Shown here one piece after another: positions 9,371-19,284 of a DNA stretch of 64,000 bases. The first letter of the stretch is position 1. The number at the start of each line of letters is the position of its first letter. The notes under the pieces were generated by a model, which was given only the letters and a program-made list of their open reading frames with translations, ran no database searches and was not told where the DNA came from. The position numbers were made by a program, and so were the translations under genes. Origin of the DNA: an uncultured Chloroflexia bacterium (lineage in GTDB: Bacteria; Chloroflexota; Limnocylindria; Limnocylindrales; CSP1-4); the NCBI GenBank assembly GCA_963772995.1, contig CAVYZQ010000013.1, forward strand, positions 3,294 to 67,293. Direction: 5' to 3'.

Positions 9371-12300
9371 CTAGTGGACGACCACGTCCCCGCCTGCGAG
9401 CGGCACCTCGACCGTCGACGCGCCGTTCCAGGCTGACGAGAAGATGAGGGTGCTGCCGTTCCAAACGGTGATCCCGATCGTGTCGCCGTTCTTGCCGGGC
9501 TTGCCCTGGTCGGTGAACGTCACCCGCAGAGTCAGATCGCTCAGGACGGGCGTATGCGGCTTCGGCGGTGGCTTGACCCCCGGAGTCGGCTTGCTGACGT
9601 CCGTCAGCGTCGCCGTGCCGCGCACGTCGGCGAGACCAAGACACGTCGGGCTCGGCGCCGCGGTGCACGGATCGCCCGACGGCGTCCGCAGGGCGATGCC
9701 CAGCGAAGCGATGAGCTTGGACTTGAGTTCGTACTTGCGACCGCCGGCCCAGAAGGTGACGGTCACCTGCCCCTTGAGGTCCTGCGCCTTGCCCTTGTAC
9801 TTGACATCGAGACCGAAGTCCATCTTGGAGCCGGCGTCGGCGGCATACGACCCGGCCGATGTGCCGATGACGAGGTGCCCGCCGCCGGTCACGAAGCTGC
9901 CGTCTGGCTGGGCCACCGTGACCATCGCGCTGCCGGTGCCCGAGTAGTAGCCGGCGACCGCGATATCGATGACGTGCTGCCCGACGCCGAGCGACGCGGT
10001 GCAGCCGGCCGTTCCGGTCGTCAGGGCCCCGTCGATCAGCGTGACGGGCAATGGGCCGCACAGCGTCGTCCCGCCCTCGCTGAAGGTGGCCGTGGCATTC
10101 CGGATGTCGCCGCCGGCGGTGTCGCCCGATGCCGGTATCGCGGCGCTGTCACGGATCGTGGCCCGCAGCTGGACGTTCGCCGACGACCCACCCGGTGCCG
10201 TGAATACCAGCTCGTCGCCGGTGTATGTCGCATCCGCGTCTTCGGTCGACACGATGATCGTGAACGTCGTGGTCGCCTCGCGGCCGGCGTCGTCGCTCAC
10301 GGTGACGCTCACCGGAAAGGTACCGGGTGCGTCGCTCACGTTGCCGGCGACTTTCCAGGTCCGGGCGCCCGGTCGCGTCGCGTCGTCCGAGGTCGAGACG
10401 ACCGCCAGCGACAGACCCACGGGGAGTCCGCTCGCCGAAGCCGACAGCGCCGACCCCGGGGAACCGGTGTCCGTGGCCGTGATCGTCACGTCCGGCGACA
10501 GGGCGTCGCTGTACTGGACGGTCTGGCTGCCGCCCTCACCGAGCGAGTTGCTCAGCAACAGGCTGTGGATCGCGAACGTCCGGTCGACGTTCGGTGCCGG
10601 CTTGAACACGGCATCGCCGGCCTGCGAGGCCGTGATCGTGCACGAGCCCTGGCTGGTCAGATGGACGGTATTGCCGCTGATCGTGCATTGGCCCGCCGCC
10701 GCGAACGACACCGGCAGGCCGGAGTCGGACGTGGCCGAGACGGTGAAATCCGGATCGGTCGACGCCTTGTCGGGGAGCGGTGCGAAGTCGATCGCCTGGT
10801 CGGCGCGCGCGCAATCGGTCGCGTCGTCGTAGAAGTGGTCCGGGCCGTTGAGACCGGGTCCGGTGATCTGCGGCTTGTTGGTCGCGTTGTTCGGAGTCGG
10901 GTAGGCCGTATCGAACCACTGCGCGAAGAACTCGTCGAGCTTCGTGTGGCAGGCCGCGCTCTGGTTGGGCAGCCACTGGTGGAAGACGTTCTCCAGCTGC
11001 GCCTCGGTGATCGAGTGTCCGCCGAAGTCGTGCTGGATCTGCTTCATGGCGCCGATCCAGCGGTCCGAATCCGGCCGCGAGATCGATGAGTCGAGGATCT
11101 GGTGGAGGGCGAGATAGGCCGTGCCCGGGCGCGTGTAGGTGCTCGCGGTCGAGAACAGGTTGCCGACCGTCGGGTTCGACGGCGCATCGACCCACGCGGA
11201 CGAGGACGTGGTGCCGTAGTTCGTGTTGAACCGGGAGATGAGGCTGTTGTCGAAGGCCGCGTTCCCGGCCGGTGTGTCGAGGCCGCCCGCCGCGGTCGCC
11301 GCGCCTCGGGCCGTCAGGAGGTACTGCCCGACGGTGGCCCAGCCCTCCTTCCAGAAAGTCAGGCGGAACGCACCTTCGGATACGTTGTCACCGAACCACT
11401 GGTGGAAGTTCTCGTGCGCGAAGGTCCCCAGCGAGGTCCCGCTCCCGCCGCCGATCACGCCGCCCTGGAAAGTGATCTTCGTCTGCATCTCCTCCTCGAA
11501 GCCGGCATCGGGGATGCCGACGACGACGCCGTCCGTCGTGAACGGGAAGGCACCGGCGAACCGGGTCTGGAACGTGGTCAGGTCTTCCTGGCTGTCCATG
11601 GCGATCTTGTTGAGGGCCTTGCGGGTCGCTGTGATCGCGCTGGCCTGCGCCTGGAAGTACTGGATCCCGGTCAGGGTGCTGGTCCGCGCGAGCAGGTCGT
11701 ACGAGCCGATGCTGTTGCCGATGAGATAGCTCGCGATCGGTTCCGGCGAATGCCAGTGCCACGAGCCACGACCCGCCGGGGAAGTTCGCGTCAGGCGGGT
11801 TGACCGCGGTCGGGCCGATCGGGCCCAGGGTGTCACCGGGCGTCACGCCGACGAGCTCGCCCGGCCCGATCGCGGTCTTGCCCACCGGGACCGTGTCATA
11901 GACGTCGTAGGTGGGCTTCGCGGTGGGATGGTTGTTCAATGGCATCCAGGCCTGGCTTCCGACCGGTTCGGTGGTGACGAAGGCGCCGTCGTTGGGGGCG
12001 GCCGTCGTGTTGACGCGGAACCAGCCCTCGGTGGTCCCGTCGCCATCGAAGTGGACGCCCGGCCGTCCCGTGTAGCTCACGCTGACGGTGATCGTCGCGT
12101 CGGCGGGAATCGGGACCGCCGGCGTGATGACCAGCTTGTTCGCGGGGCATTGTTGGCCGTTCTGGCTCGTGCCGCTCACCTGGGGCGAGCACGCGGGCGG
12201 ATTCGGGTTGGTCGCGCTGACCGGGTTGACGTTCGAGATCGCATGGGCCAGCGGATCCGGGTCGTCGGGGCCGTTGGGGTCGCCGGGATAGGTCGGCTGC

Positions 12301-12728
12301 TTGAAGGCGAAGGTCGCCGGAGCGCCGTCGATCGTGACCGACTGGACGTCCATGTTCGGCCCCGCGGCATCGCCGGAGAGGGACGTGCGCTCGAAGTCGA
12401 AGCTGAAGTCCGAGAGGCACTGCGTCGAGCGGATCGTCAGGTCCGCGTGGTTGCCCGGCAGGAACAGGTTCGTGGCGGTGTCATAGACGATGTGCAGATC
12501 GGTGTGGAGGCTCCGGTATCCGCCGTTGCCCTGATCTGGGTAGACGCGGTCACCGAGCTGGGACAGCGATCGCGCACCCGACGAGCAGGCACCGTTCGCC
12601 TGGACCGCCCGCGGCGAACCGGCGATGGCAGGCAGCGACGCGATCAACGCGATGGCCATCATCGTGGCCAGGCGTGCGCGGTTGGGTGAACGGCGGGGGC
12701 GGCGCGGGCGGCGTGGCATCGGCTCCAT
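9371..12728 (-). pseudogene. Secreted M1-family zinc aminopeptidase with long C-terminal Ig-like/beta-sandwich extension, disrupted by a 7-bp tandem duplication
   Basis: The N-terminal part (frame of ORF 11388..12770) has a signal peptide (MMAIALIASLPAIAGSPRAVQA). The C-terminal part (ORF 9371..11836) carries HENFHQWFGDN (HExxH) plus WKEGWATVGQY (the downstream Glu). Both frames read through the same bases at the junction, where GCCACGA GCCACGA is duplicated at 11758-11771. Removing one copy restores ...PGGSWHWHSPEPIASYL. Confidence 0.8.
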
Positions 12729-12847
12729 GGTCTCCCTCTCCAGACGATGGACGAGCGGCGATCCCCGCACCGCGCGACAGACCCCGAATGATACGGCCAG
12801 ATGCGGTCACGCTCCAGGTGGGCCGGGGCCGGCGCCCGCAGGCGACG

Positions 12848-14437
12848 TCAACGCCCCCGGTCGGGCTCCCAGTCGAACGGGTCGAACGAGTCCGTCCGCT
12901 CCGCGACGGTCTCGATCTCGCGCGACCATGGCCGTTCGTCGGTCGCGTCGCCGGCGACGGCCCGCCAGCCCTCGTCGGCCAGACCGTCCAGGGTCTCGAT
13001 CGCGGCGAGGACCATCGCTCGAACGTGATCCAGGGCCGTTCCCGTCAACGAATCCGCGGCCGTCGCGTCCGCGACCTCGGCGGCCACCGAAGTCGCGGAG
13101 CGTCCGAGACGCACGGCTGTCGTCGCGGCGTCGCGGCCGGGTCCGGTCCGCCGCAGGACGACGGCGGTCTCGCCGGCATGGACCGCAGCGGCCGCGTGGA
13201 TGAAGCTCCACGGGATCGCCAGGTCCGGCGAATCGTGCGGTTCGACGAAGCCGAGCGGGTGCGCCGGGTACAGCGCACGACGGACGGCGACCTCCGCGAT
13301 CGCACGGGCGGCGGGGGCCGGTTCGTCGGTCAGCCACCGCGGCAAGGCGCCGATCACGACGGACTCGGGCGTGAGACCGTTGCCGCGCGCGAGCATCACG
13401 CCAAGGAGCTGCAGGGCAAGGGCTCGACCGGCGCGCGTGGCGGGATCGGAGGGGACGCCTGCGGCAAGGTCGGGTGCGACGACGAGGGGGCCGGCGCCGA
13501 CCATGACGGTCGTTCCGGCCCTTCGAGCGAGTCGATGGGCGAACGCAGCGTCGGCGAGCGCCCGTTCCGGCTCGACGCCATCGATCACGATCTCGGCCAT
13601 CACGTCCATGCCGATCATGTCGATCCGCTCGAAAGCGGCGACGAACGCGCTTTCGGGAGAGCCGAGCGGCGGCGCCACCGAGGCCAGCCGGACGTACGCC
13701 TGACGCTCGGCGGCGGCCTGGTCGACCGCGCTCCTCAACACGGCGAGCGCTCGCTGGCTGCCCGTCGGGGCCGGATCCTGGCCATCGACCCAGCGCTGTT
13801 CCCGCGGGCGCCACTCGGGAACCTCGCGGCCCGCGCCGGTCAGCCGCTCCGCCAGCTCGCGATTGATCGGGATCTCGACGCGCAGGAGGTCGAAGCCGGC
13901 GTCGATGAGGATGGCCGCCTCCTCGAGCGCGCCGTCGAGATCGGGCTCGGCGAGGGTCGTCGCGAGCCATGGTCGGGGCACGTCGCCGAGCATCGAGAGC
14001 GTCTCGTGCCGGACGGTGCGCTGGGCGTCGATCCGCTCCATCGCGATGCCGGCCAATCGGAATGCTTCGACTTCGGCGACGGCTCGCCGGTCGCGCTGGC
14101 GGAGCAGCTCGGCCTCGAGCGAGAGATCGATGGCCCCCGAGGCCACGTCGAGTGCGAGCTGCTGGGGCTGGAGGTCGTATTCGAGCAGGGCCATCACGAA
14201 CGGCAGCGTGATGCCCGTGGCCAGACCGCGCGGGTCCGCCGACAGCCATCGGTCGACCGTCGCGCCCGCGAGGGGGCGCCCGGCCGAGTCGAGGCCACCG
14301 ACGCCGAACAGTCGGAGGATCGCGCGCTCACGACCGATCGTCGTCGAGGCTCGGGCGCGGGCGCCCCACGCCCCGGCAAGGGCCTCCGCGCGCGAGACGA
14401 GTTGATCGAGCCGGCCCCACGCGCTCGATGCCGTCAC
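12848..14437 (-). CDS. KamD-like protein (lysine 5,6-aminomutase alpha-subunit family, TIM-barrel)
   Basis: It is a 529-aa ORF. GRERAILRLFGVGGLD resembles the KamD N-terminus (TVERAVCRLLGIDGVD). No adjacent B12-binding subunit was seen. Confidence 0.45.
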   Translation of the reverse strand: MTASSAWGRLDQLVSRAEALAGAWGARARASTTIGRERAILRLFGVGGLDSAGRPLAGATVDRWLSADPRGLATGITLPFVMALLEYDLQPQQLALDVASGAIDLSLEAELLRQRDRRAVAEVEAFRLAGIAMERIDAQRTVRHETLSMLGDVPRPWLATTLAEPDLDGALEEAAILIDAGFDLLRVEIPINRELAERLTGAGREVPEWRPREQRWVDGQDPAPTGSQRALAVLRSAVDQAAAERQAYVRLASVAPPLGSPESAFVAAFERIDMIGMDVMAEIVIDGVEPERALADAAFAHRLARRAGTTVMVGAGPLVVAPDLAAGVPSDPATRAGRALALQLLGVMLARGNGLTPESVVIGALPRWLTDEPAPAARAIAEVAVRRALYPAHPLGFVEPHDSPDLAIPWSFIHAAAAVHAGETAVVLRRTGPGRDAATTAVRLGRSATSVAAEVADATAADSLTGTALDHVRAMVLAAIETLDGLADEGWRAVAGDATDERPWSREIETVAERTDSFDPFDWEPDRGR

Positions 14438-15300
14438 CCTGTCGGCTCCGCCTGGTCGGGGCCGGTCCGCGCCTGGTGGCCGATCCAGACATGGCCGTCG
14501 GCGAAACGCTCCGCCTTCCAGATGGGCGCCCGGGCCTTTGTCTCGTCGATGGCGTATCGGGCGGCCAGGAACGCCGCGTCGCGATGCGGGGAGACCGCCA
14601 CGACCGCCACCGATGCCTCGCCGAGCCCAACCTCGCCGGTCCGATGGACGATGGCGAGGCGCTCCACGTCGAACCGCTCGAACGCCTCGTCGGCGATCGC
14701 GCCGAGGGTCGCGAGCGCCATCGGTTCGAGCGCCTCGTACTCGAGACCTTCGACGGCCCGGCCGGCGTGGCGCGCTGCCTCCGCCTCCTGCCCCGGCGCG
14801 GGAGTGCCGGGCGTCACGCGCGTCCGCCCGAGGAACCCGACGACCGCGCCGTCCTCTGGAGTGGCCAGCGCGTCGGCGAGATCGACGAGGATGGAGACGG
14901 TGAACGGGGCGTCGCGGAGCTCGACGATGGTCTTGCGACGGTCACGCATGTCTCCGGGATCGGAGGCGGGGCGCGGCTCCTCTGCCGCGGGGGCCCGCGG
15001 ATCCCGGGGGGCGGCTGTCTCCGTCCCGTGCTCGGCCGCCGGCTCCCCGGCGCCGCCCGACACCGGCGGGATCATCGCTACCTCGTCGCCGTCGGCGAGC
15101 GTCGTCCCCGGATCGGCATACTCGCCGTTCCGGGCGAACCGCATCGACGGCCGGCCCGGGGCCAGGACCGGATGCCGGGCAACGAGCCCCGCCCAGGCGG
15201 CCTCGACGTCGGACCCGTCCGAGAGCTCGAGCGGGACCTCGCGCGTGCCGGCCAGCTCGCGCTGGACCGCGAAGAGGCGGACGCGCACGCGGACCGTCAC
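14434..15300 (-). CDS. moaDE: Molybdopterin synthase MoaD-MoaE fusion protein
   Basis: From GTG 15300, a MoaD-like segment ends ...EVAMIPPVSGG. It is followed by a MoaE domain (FLGRTRV..., EYEALEPMALATLGAIADEAFERF, IWKAERFADGHVW). The upstream part of the ORF overlaps the neighbouring gene and is not coding. Confidence 0.7.
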   Translation of the reverse strand: MTVRVRVRLFAVQRELAGTREVPLELSDGSDVEAAWAGLVARHPVLAPGRPSMRFARNGEYADPGTTLADGDEVAMIPPVSGGAGEPAAEHGTETAAPRDPRAPAAEEPRPASDPGDMRDRRKTIVELRDAPFTVSILVDLADALATPEDGAVVGFLGRTRVTPGTPAPGQEAEAARHAGRAVEGLEYEALEPMALATLGAIADEAFERFDVERLAIVHRTGEVGLGEASVAVVAVSPHRDAAFLAARYAIDETKARAPIWKAERFADGHVWIGHQARTGPDQAEPTG

Positions 15301-15331
15301 CGCGTGGCCGCATGTCGCGGGCACACCGACG

Positions 15332-16000
15332 TCAGCCGCGCCACGTGGCGACGAGCAGCCCGTCACCGACCGGCAGGATCGTGGCGGTGAACCGGGGATC
15401 GCCGAGGACGGCCCGGTTGAACGCACGGAGTGCTGCGGTGTTCGCGTCATCTGCCGCAACAGGACGCGCGCCGGACACGCGCCCACTCCACAGCACGTTG
15501 TCGGCCGCCACGAGCGCATCGGGCGCCAGTCGAGGCACCAGCGCCTCGAGATACGCCTCGTATTCGGGCTTGAGGGCATCGATGAATGCAAGGTCGAAAG
15601 GACCGGCCAGTGCGGGCTCGCCCGCGTCGAAGGCTTCGAGCGCGGGCGCCGTGACGACCGTGATCCGCTCGTCGGCGATGCCCGCCTGTCGCCACCAGCC
15701 GCGGGCGAGGTCCGTGCGCGAGCGGTCCGGGTCGATGGTCACGATGGTTCCGTCCGACGGCTGCCCGAGTGCCATCCAGAGTGTCGAGTAGCCGTATGCC
15801 GTCCCGACCTCGACGATCCGCCGCCGCCCGCCGGCAAGGACGGACAGGACCCGGCCCGTGTCGCGGTCGACGATCGGGATCCCGAGCGGCTCGGCGGCCG
15901 CCTCGATGGCGGCGAGGGCGTCGCCGACCGGCGCGCTGATCGATTCGATCCAGTCGAGATCGGTCCCGTCGGGGATCCAGCTTCGGTCGTTCTTCGTCAT
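15332..16000 (-). CDS. Class I SAM-dependent O-methyltransferase (caffeoyl-CoA OMT family)
   Basis: Starts at ATG 16000 (MTKNDRSW...). Motifs include VEVGTAYGYSTLWMA, IDPDRSRTDLA and FIDALKPEY. Confidence 0.8.
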   Translation of the reverse strand: MTKNDRSWIPDGTDLDWIESISAPVGDALAAIEAAAEPLGIPIVDRDTGRVLSVLAGGRRRIVEVGTAYGYSTLWMALGQPSDGTIVTIDPDRSRTDLARGWWRQAGIADERITVVTAPALEAFDAGEPALAGPFDLAFIDALKPEYEAYLEALVPRLAPDALVAADNVLWSGRVSGARPVAADDANTAALRAFNRAVLGDPRFTATILPVGDGLLVATWRG

Positions 16001-16007
16001 CGCGTCC

Positions 16008-16847
16008 TCATACGAGCAACCCGGCACCGAAGTACAGGCCCGCCGCGAGGATCGTACCGGCGGCGATGGTGCCGACGTTGATATACAGAAGTCCGGTGGC
16101 CGATTCCATCGACCGGGTCCGTGCAGTCTGGACCGCCGCCCAGCAGATCGCGAGCGGGAAGGCAAGGCCGACGATGAGCCGCAGCCAGACGAACAAGGCC
16201 CACGGGCCGACGAGGGCGGAGAACGGTGCGACGTCCGCCGGTCCGGCGCCGGTGCCGATCCACGCCCAGAAGAGGACGACCTGGATCGCCACGACTGCCA
16301 GAAGGACGCGGGCCAGGAGGATGAGCGGTGCCTCGGGCAGCTTCGGGGTCACCAGATACCAGTGTCCGAGGATCATCGCCGCGAAGACGCCACCGATCGC
16401 GCTGCTGACGACCACCAGCTGGACGAGCAGGCCGACGACGCCGAGCGGGCCGTCGCCCCACGACAGCGCTCCGAAGACGAGGGTCGCCGCCGCGGCCGCC
16501 AGGGCGGCCCATTCGATCGCCCGGCCTGTTCGCGGTGAGGCTGCCCGGGCGACGAGGCCCACGCCGACGAGCACCCAGAAGAGAAGCAGTGCCGCGCGAC
16601 GGGGAACTTCCCAGGCCGGGTCGATCACGACCGGCGAATTGCCGAGGGACGTCGGGAGGGCACCATCCGAGATCCAGGCGAGCACCCCGAACGCGAGCGC
16701 GCAGATCGCCGTGAACCGGAGATAGCCGCCAGTCGCCGAGGCGCGGCGCCGGAGCATGACCACCGCCCCGTATGACCCGAGCGCCAGCCCGGTGAGCAGG
16801 GTCCAGTTGATGAACGCGAGGTTCTGGGCGATCTGGGTCGCGGGCAC
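16008..16847 (-). CDS. Integral membrane protein (unknown function)
   Basis: It is a 279-aa protein with 7-8 hydrophobic helices. Confidence 0.5.
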   Translation of the reverse strand: MPATQIAQNLAFINWTLLTGLALGSYGAVVMLRRRASATGGYLRFTAICALAFGVLAWISDGALPTSLGNSPVVIDPAWEVPRRAALLLFWVLVGVGLVARAASPRTGRAIEWAALAAAAATLVFGALSWGDGPLGVVGLLVQLVVVSSAIGGVFAAMILGHWYLVTPKLPEAPLILLARVLLAVVAIQVVLFWAWIGTGAGPADVAPFSALVGPWALFVWLRLIVGLAFPLAICWAAVQTARTRSMESATGLLYINVGTIAAGTILAAGLYFGAGLLV

Positions 16848-16894
16848 GGACGCGAGTGTAGCCGCGTTGATAGCATCGACAGCGGAGGTGCACC

Positions 16895-17626
16895 ATGGCG
16901 CTCGATCGCGACACGACGTTCACCTGGTACGGCCATGCCTGCGTCGAGGTTCGAACGCCGGGTGACCGCGTCATCCTCATCGACCCGTGGTTCGGCAATC
17001 CCTTGTGTCCGCGGGCTGTCGATTCGATCACGAAGTGCGACCTGATGCTCGTCACGCACGGTCACGCTGACCACATGGGGGACGCCGTCGCACTGGCGTC
17101 GCGGCTGCGGCCGGCCTGGCCGTCCATCCACGAGATGAGCCTGTGGCTCGCCCGGCGGCTGCCCGGCGGCAACGACGCGACGACCGGGATGAACAAGGGT
17201 GGGACGGTCGAGGCGGCGGGCGTGAAGGTGACCATGACCCACGCCGACCATTCGGCGGGGGACTGGAACCCCGGCGGCGAGACCACCCTCTACCTCGGTG
17301 AGGCCGTTGGCTTCGTGGTCGAGCTCGAGAACGGCTTTCGCTTCTATCACGCCGGCGACACCAACGTGTTCGGCGACATGCGGCTCATCGGTGAGCTGTA
17401 CCGGCCTGAGCTCGCGCTCCTGCCCATCGGTGGCCACTTCACGATGGGTCCGCGCGAGGCGGCCCTGGCCGTCGAGCTCATCGGCGCGAAGCACGTCATG
17501 CCGATCCACTACGGGACGTTCCCGCTCCTGAGTGGGACGCCCGCGCAGCTTCGGGCGGCGCTGGATGACCGGGGGCTCACCGGCATCGAGATCCATGCGC
17601 CCGAGCCGGGCGGGTCGGTGACGTAA
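16895..17626 (+). CDS. Metal-dependent hydrolase, MBL fold (UPF0173 family)
   Basis: It carries HGHADHMGD and a C-terminal HYGTFP. Confidence 0.8.
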   Translation: MALDRDTTFTWYGHACVEVRTPGDRVILIDPWFGNPLCPRAVDSITKCDLMLVTHGHADHMGDAVALASRLRPAWPSIHEMSLWLARRLPGGNDATTGMNKGGTVEAAGVKVTMTHADHSAGDWNPGGETTLYLGEAVGFVVELENGFRFYHAGDTNVFGDMRLIGELYRPELALLPIGGHFTMGPREAALAVELIGAKHVMPIHYGTFPLLSGTPAQLRAALDDRGLTGIEIHAPEPGGSVT

Positions 17627-17715
17627 TGTTCAGCGGTGCCCGCAGGCACCGCTGTTTTCGTCCACGGACGCATCCTGAGATTGCCATCCGCCCGTCCGAA
17701 GACGACACTGCGGCC

Positions 17716-18474
17716 ATGCCAGTGCTGCGTCGCAGGTGGATGCCGGTCGTCGGCGTGATCGCAGCGCTTTCGATCGCCATCCCCGTGATGGGCGCGGATC
17801 CGTCGCCGTCGACGGTGCCATCGGAGCCGGTCAGCCCAGCAGCGCGCCCTAGCGGGTCACAGTCGGCGGCGCCATCCGAGCCGGTCACTCCCGCGGTGAG
17901 CCCGAGCGGGGCCCAGTCCATGGCGCCCGAGGACTCCCCCGAGCACGCTGCGGCATCCCCGGAAACAGAGGACAGCGCTCCGGCGCCGAATACACAGAGC
18001 GATCCGAAGGCTGCCAAACCTCCGAGCGAGCCGAAGTCGCCGAAGGTCGATCAGGCACCCGAGGTCACAGTCACGGTGACCGGGACGGTGAACCAGACCA
18101 CGGACGCCAAGGGCCGACCAAGCTTCACGATCAAGGACGGTTCCACGACCTGGGAGCTGTCAGCGGGGCCACCCTGGTACTGGGGCGACAAGAACCCGCT
18201 TGCGGCGTTTGCCGGCAAGTCGGTCACCGTCGTGGGCAGCGCGGAGCATGGCGGCTCCGAGCTCGACGTCTCGACCGTCGACGGCAGCGCGATCCGAGCC
18301 GCCGGCAAGCCGCCGTGGGCAGGCGGGCCTTGGGTCGTCGGGTCGATCCATCCGGGATGGAAGCCCTGGATGGCGAACGGCAAGCCGGGAAAGGGGTCGG
18401 GCGCAAAGACAGCGCCGGGCCAGAACAAGGACAAGTCGCCCGACTCGGCCGTGGAGGGGCAGCCCGGCAGCTGA
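17716..18474 (+). CDS. Secreted Pro/Ser-rich protein of unknown function
   Basis: It has a signal peptide (MPVLRRRWMPVVGVIAALSIAIPVMGA), then a low-complexity PS-rich segment and a folded C-terminal region. Confidence 0.5.
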   Translation: MPVLRRRWMPVVGVIAALSIAIPVMGADPSPSTVPSEPVSPAARPSGSQSAAPSEPVTPAVSPSGAQSMAPEDSPEHAAASPETEDSAPAPNTQSDPKAAKPPSEPKSPKVDQAPEVTVTVTGTVNQTTDAKGRPSFTIKDGSTTWELSAGPPWYWGDKNPLAAFAGKSVTVVGSAEHGGSELDVSTVDGSAIRAAGKPPWAGGPWVVGSIHPGWKPWMANGKPGKGSGAKTAPGQNKDKSPDSAVEGQPGS

Positions 18475-18506
18475 ACTCCCTGGTCCGGCCCCGCGACGGC
18501 GGCCCG

Positions 18507-19172
18507 TCAGCGCGTGCTCACCAGTATGGTCGTGACCACGCCGATGAGCAGGCCAAGCGCGGCGCCGATCGCGATCTCGCGGGCGGACAGGTATGAGTCG
18601 CGATCCCTTGTCGAAATGCGGAGCGGCGGCCACCGCCAACGCCGCGGAGCCAGGTCGGGGGCTGGTGGCTGGGCCATTTCCGGCACCGCAGGCTGCACGG
18701 TCGGCGGCACCGTCGGCCCTGTCGGTCCTGGGGTCGCCCCCTGGAGTTCGGCAGACCGGGATGGAGGCCGCTGAGGTCCTGGGTGCAGCATCCGCTCGAA
18801 ATCGCGGCCACAGGACCGGCACCAGCGAAACTGCCCGATCCGGCGCGTGCCGCACGACGGGCACGAGGACAGCGCGACGGTTGCCTGCGTCCCATCGACC
18901 CGAGCTCGTTGCCGGTCCCAGATGATGGCCGATAGCCGCGCGTCGAGGTCGATCAGATCGTCGACGTCGCGGTGGAGGACCGTCCCCGTCGCGTGATCGA
19001 TCAGGCTATAGGCGCACCGCTCGCTGGTCCCATTCGCCCGCTGCGTCAGGATCGTGATGCCCAACCCACTGGCACGCAAGCGCAGGCGGTCTATCTCAGC
19101 GTTCGAATCACCTTCCACCCCGAGCTCCAATGACGCGGACACGCCTCGTTCGACGGTTGCCGAATTTACCAA
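18507..19172 (-). CDS. Hypothetical zinc-ribbon protein with C-terminal TM helix
   Basis: It has CPSCGTRRIGQFRWCRSCG and a C-terminal IAIGAALGLLIGVVTTILV. The call is weak. Confidence 0.35.
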   Translation of the reverse strand: MVNSATVERGVSASLELGVEGDSNAEIDRLRLRASGLGITILTQRANGTSERCAYSLIDHATGTVLHRDVDDLIDLDARLSAIIWDRQRARVDGTQATVALSSCPSCGTRRIGQFRWCRSCGRDFERMLHPGPQRPPSRSAELQGATPGPTGPTVPPTVQPAVPEMAQPPAPDLAPRRWRWPPLRISTRDRDSYLSAREIAIGAALGLLIGVVTTILVSTR

Positions 19173-19284
19173 AGAGGCTGCGATACGACCTGGGTGGCTG
19201 GTGTGAAACGCGCGTTCTGGCCGGCTGACGGGCGGGCGCGGGCGCAGCTACGATCCTGCTGGGCAGAGCCCCGGGACGGAACGG

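Noticed and set aside
9554-11089. 511-aa ORF on the + strand
   Set aside because: It is antisense to the M1 peptidase C-terminal region. It is an Arg/Gly-rich artefact.
12674-16081. 1135-aa ORF on the + strand
   Set aside because: It runs antisense across three well-supported minus-strand genes (KamD-like, moaDE, OMT). It is Arg/Gly/Ala-rich low-complexity translation with no motifs, a typical high-GC antisense artefact.
15332-16165. N-terminal 55 codons of the O-methyltransferase ORF and N-terminal 97 codons of the moaDE ORF (14434..15591)
   Set aside because: The upstream extensions overlap neighbouring genes and lack similarity. Internal starts (ATG 16000, GTG 15300) give canonical protein N-termini.
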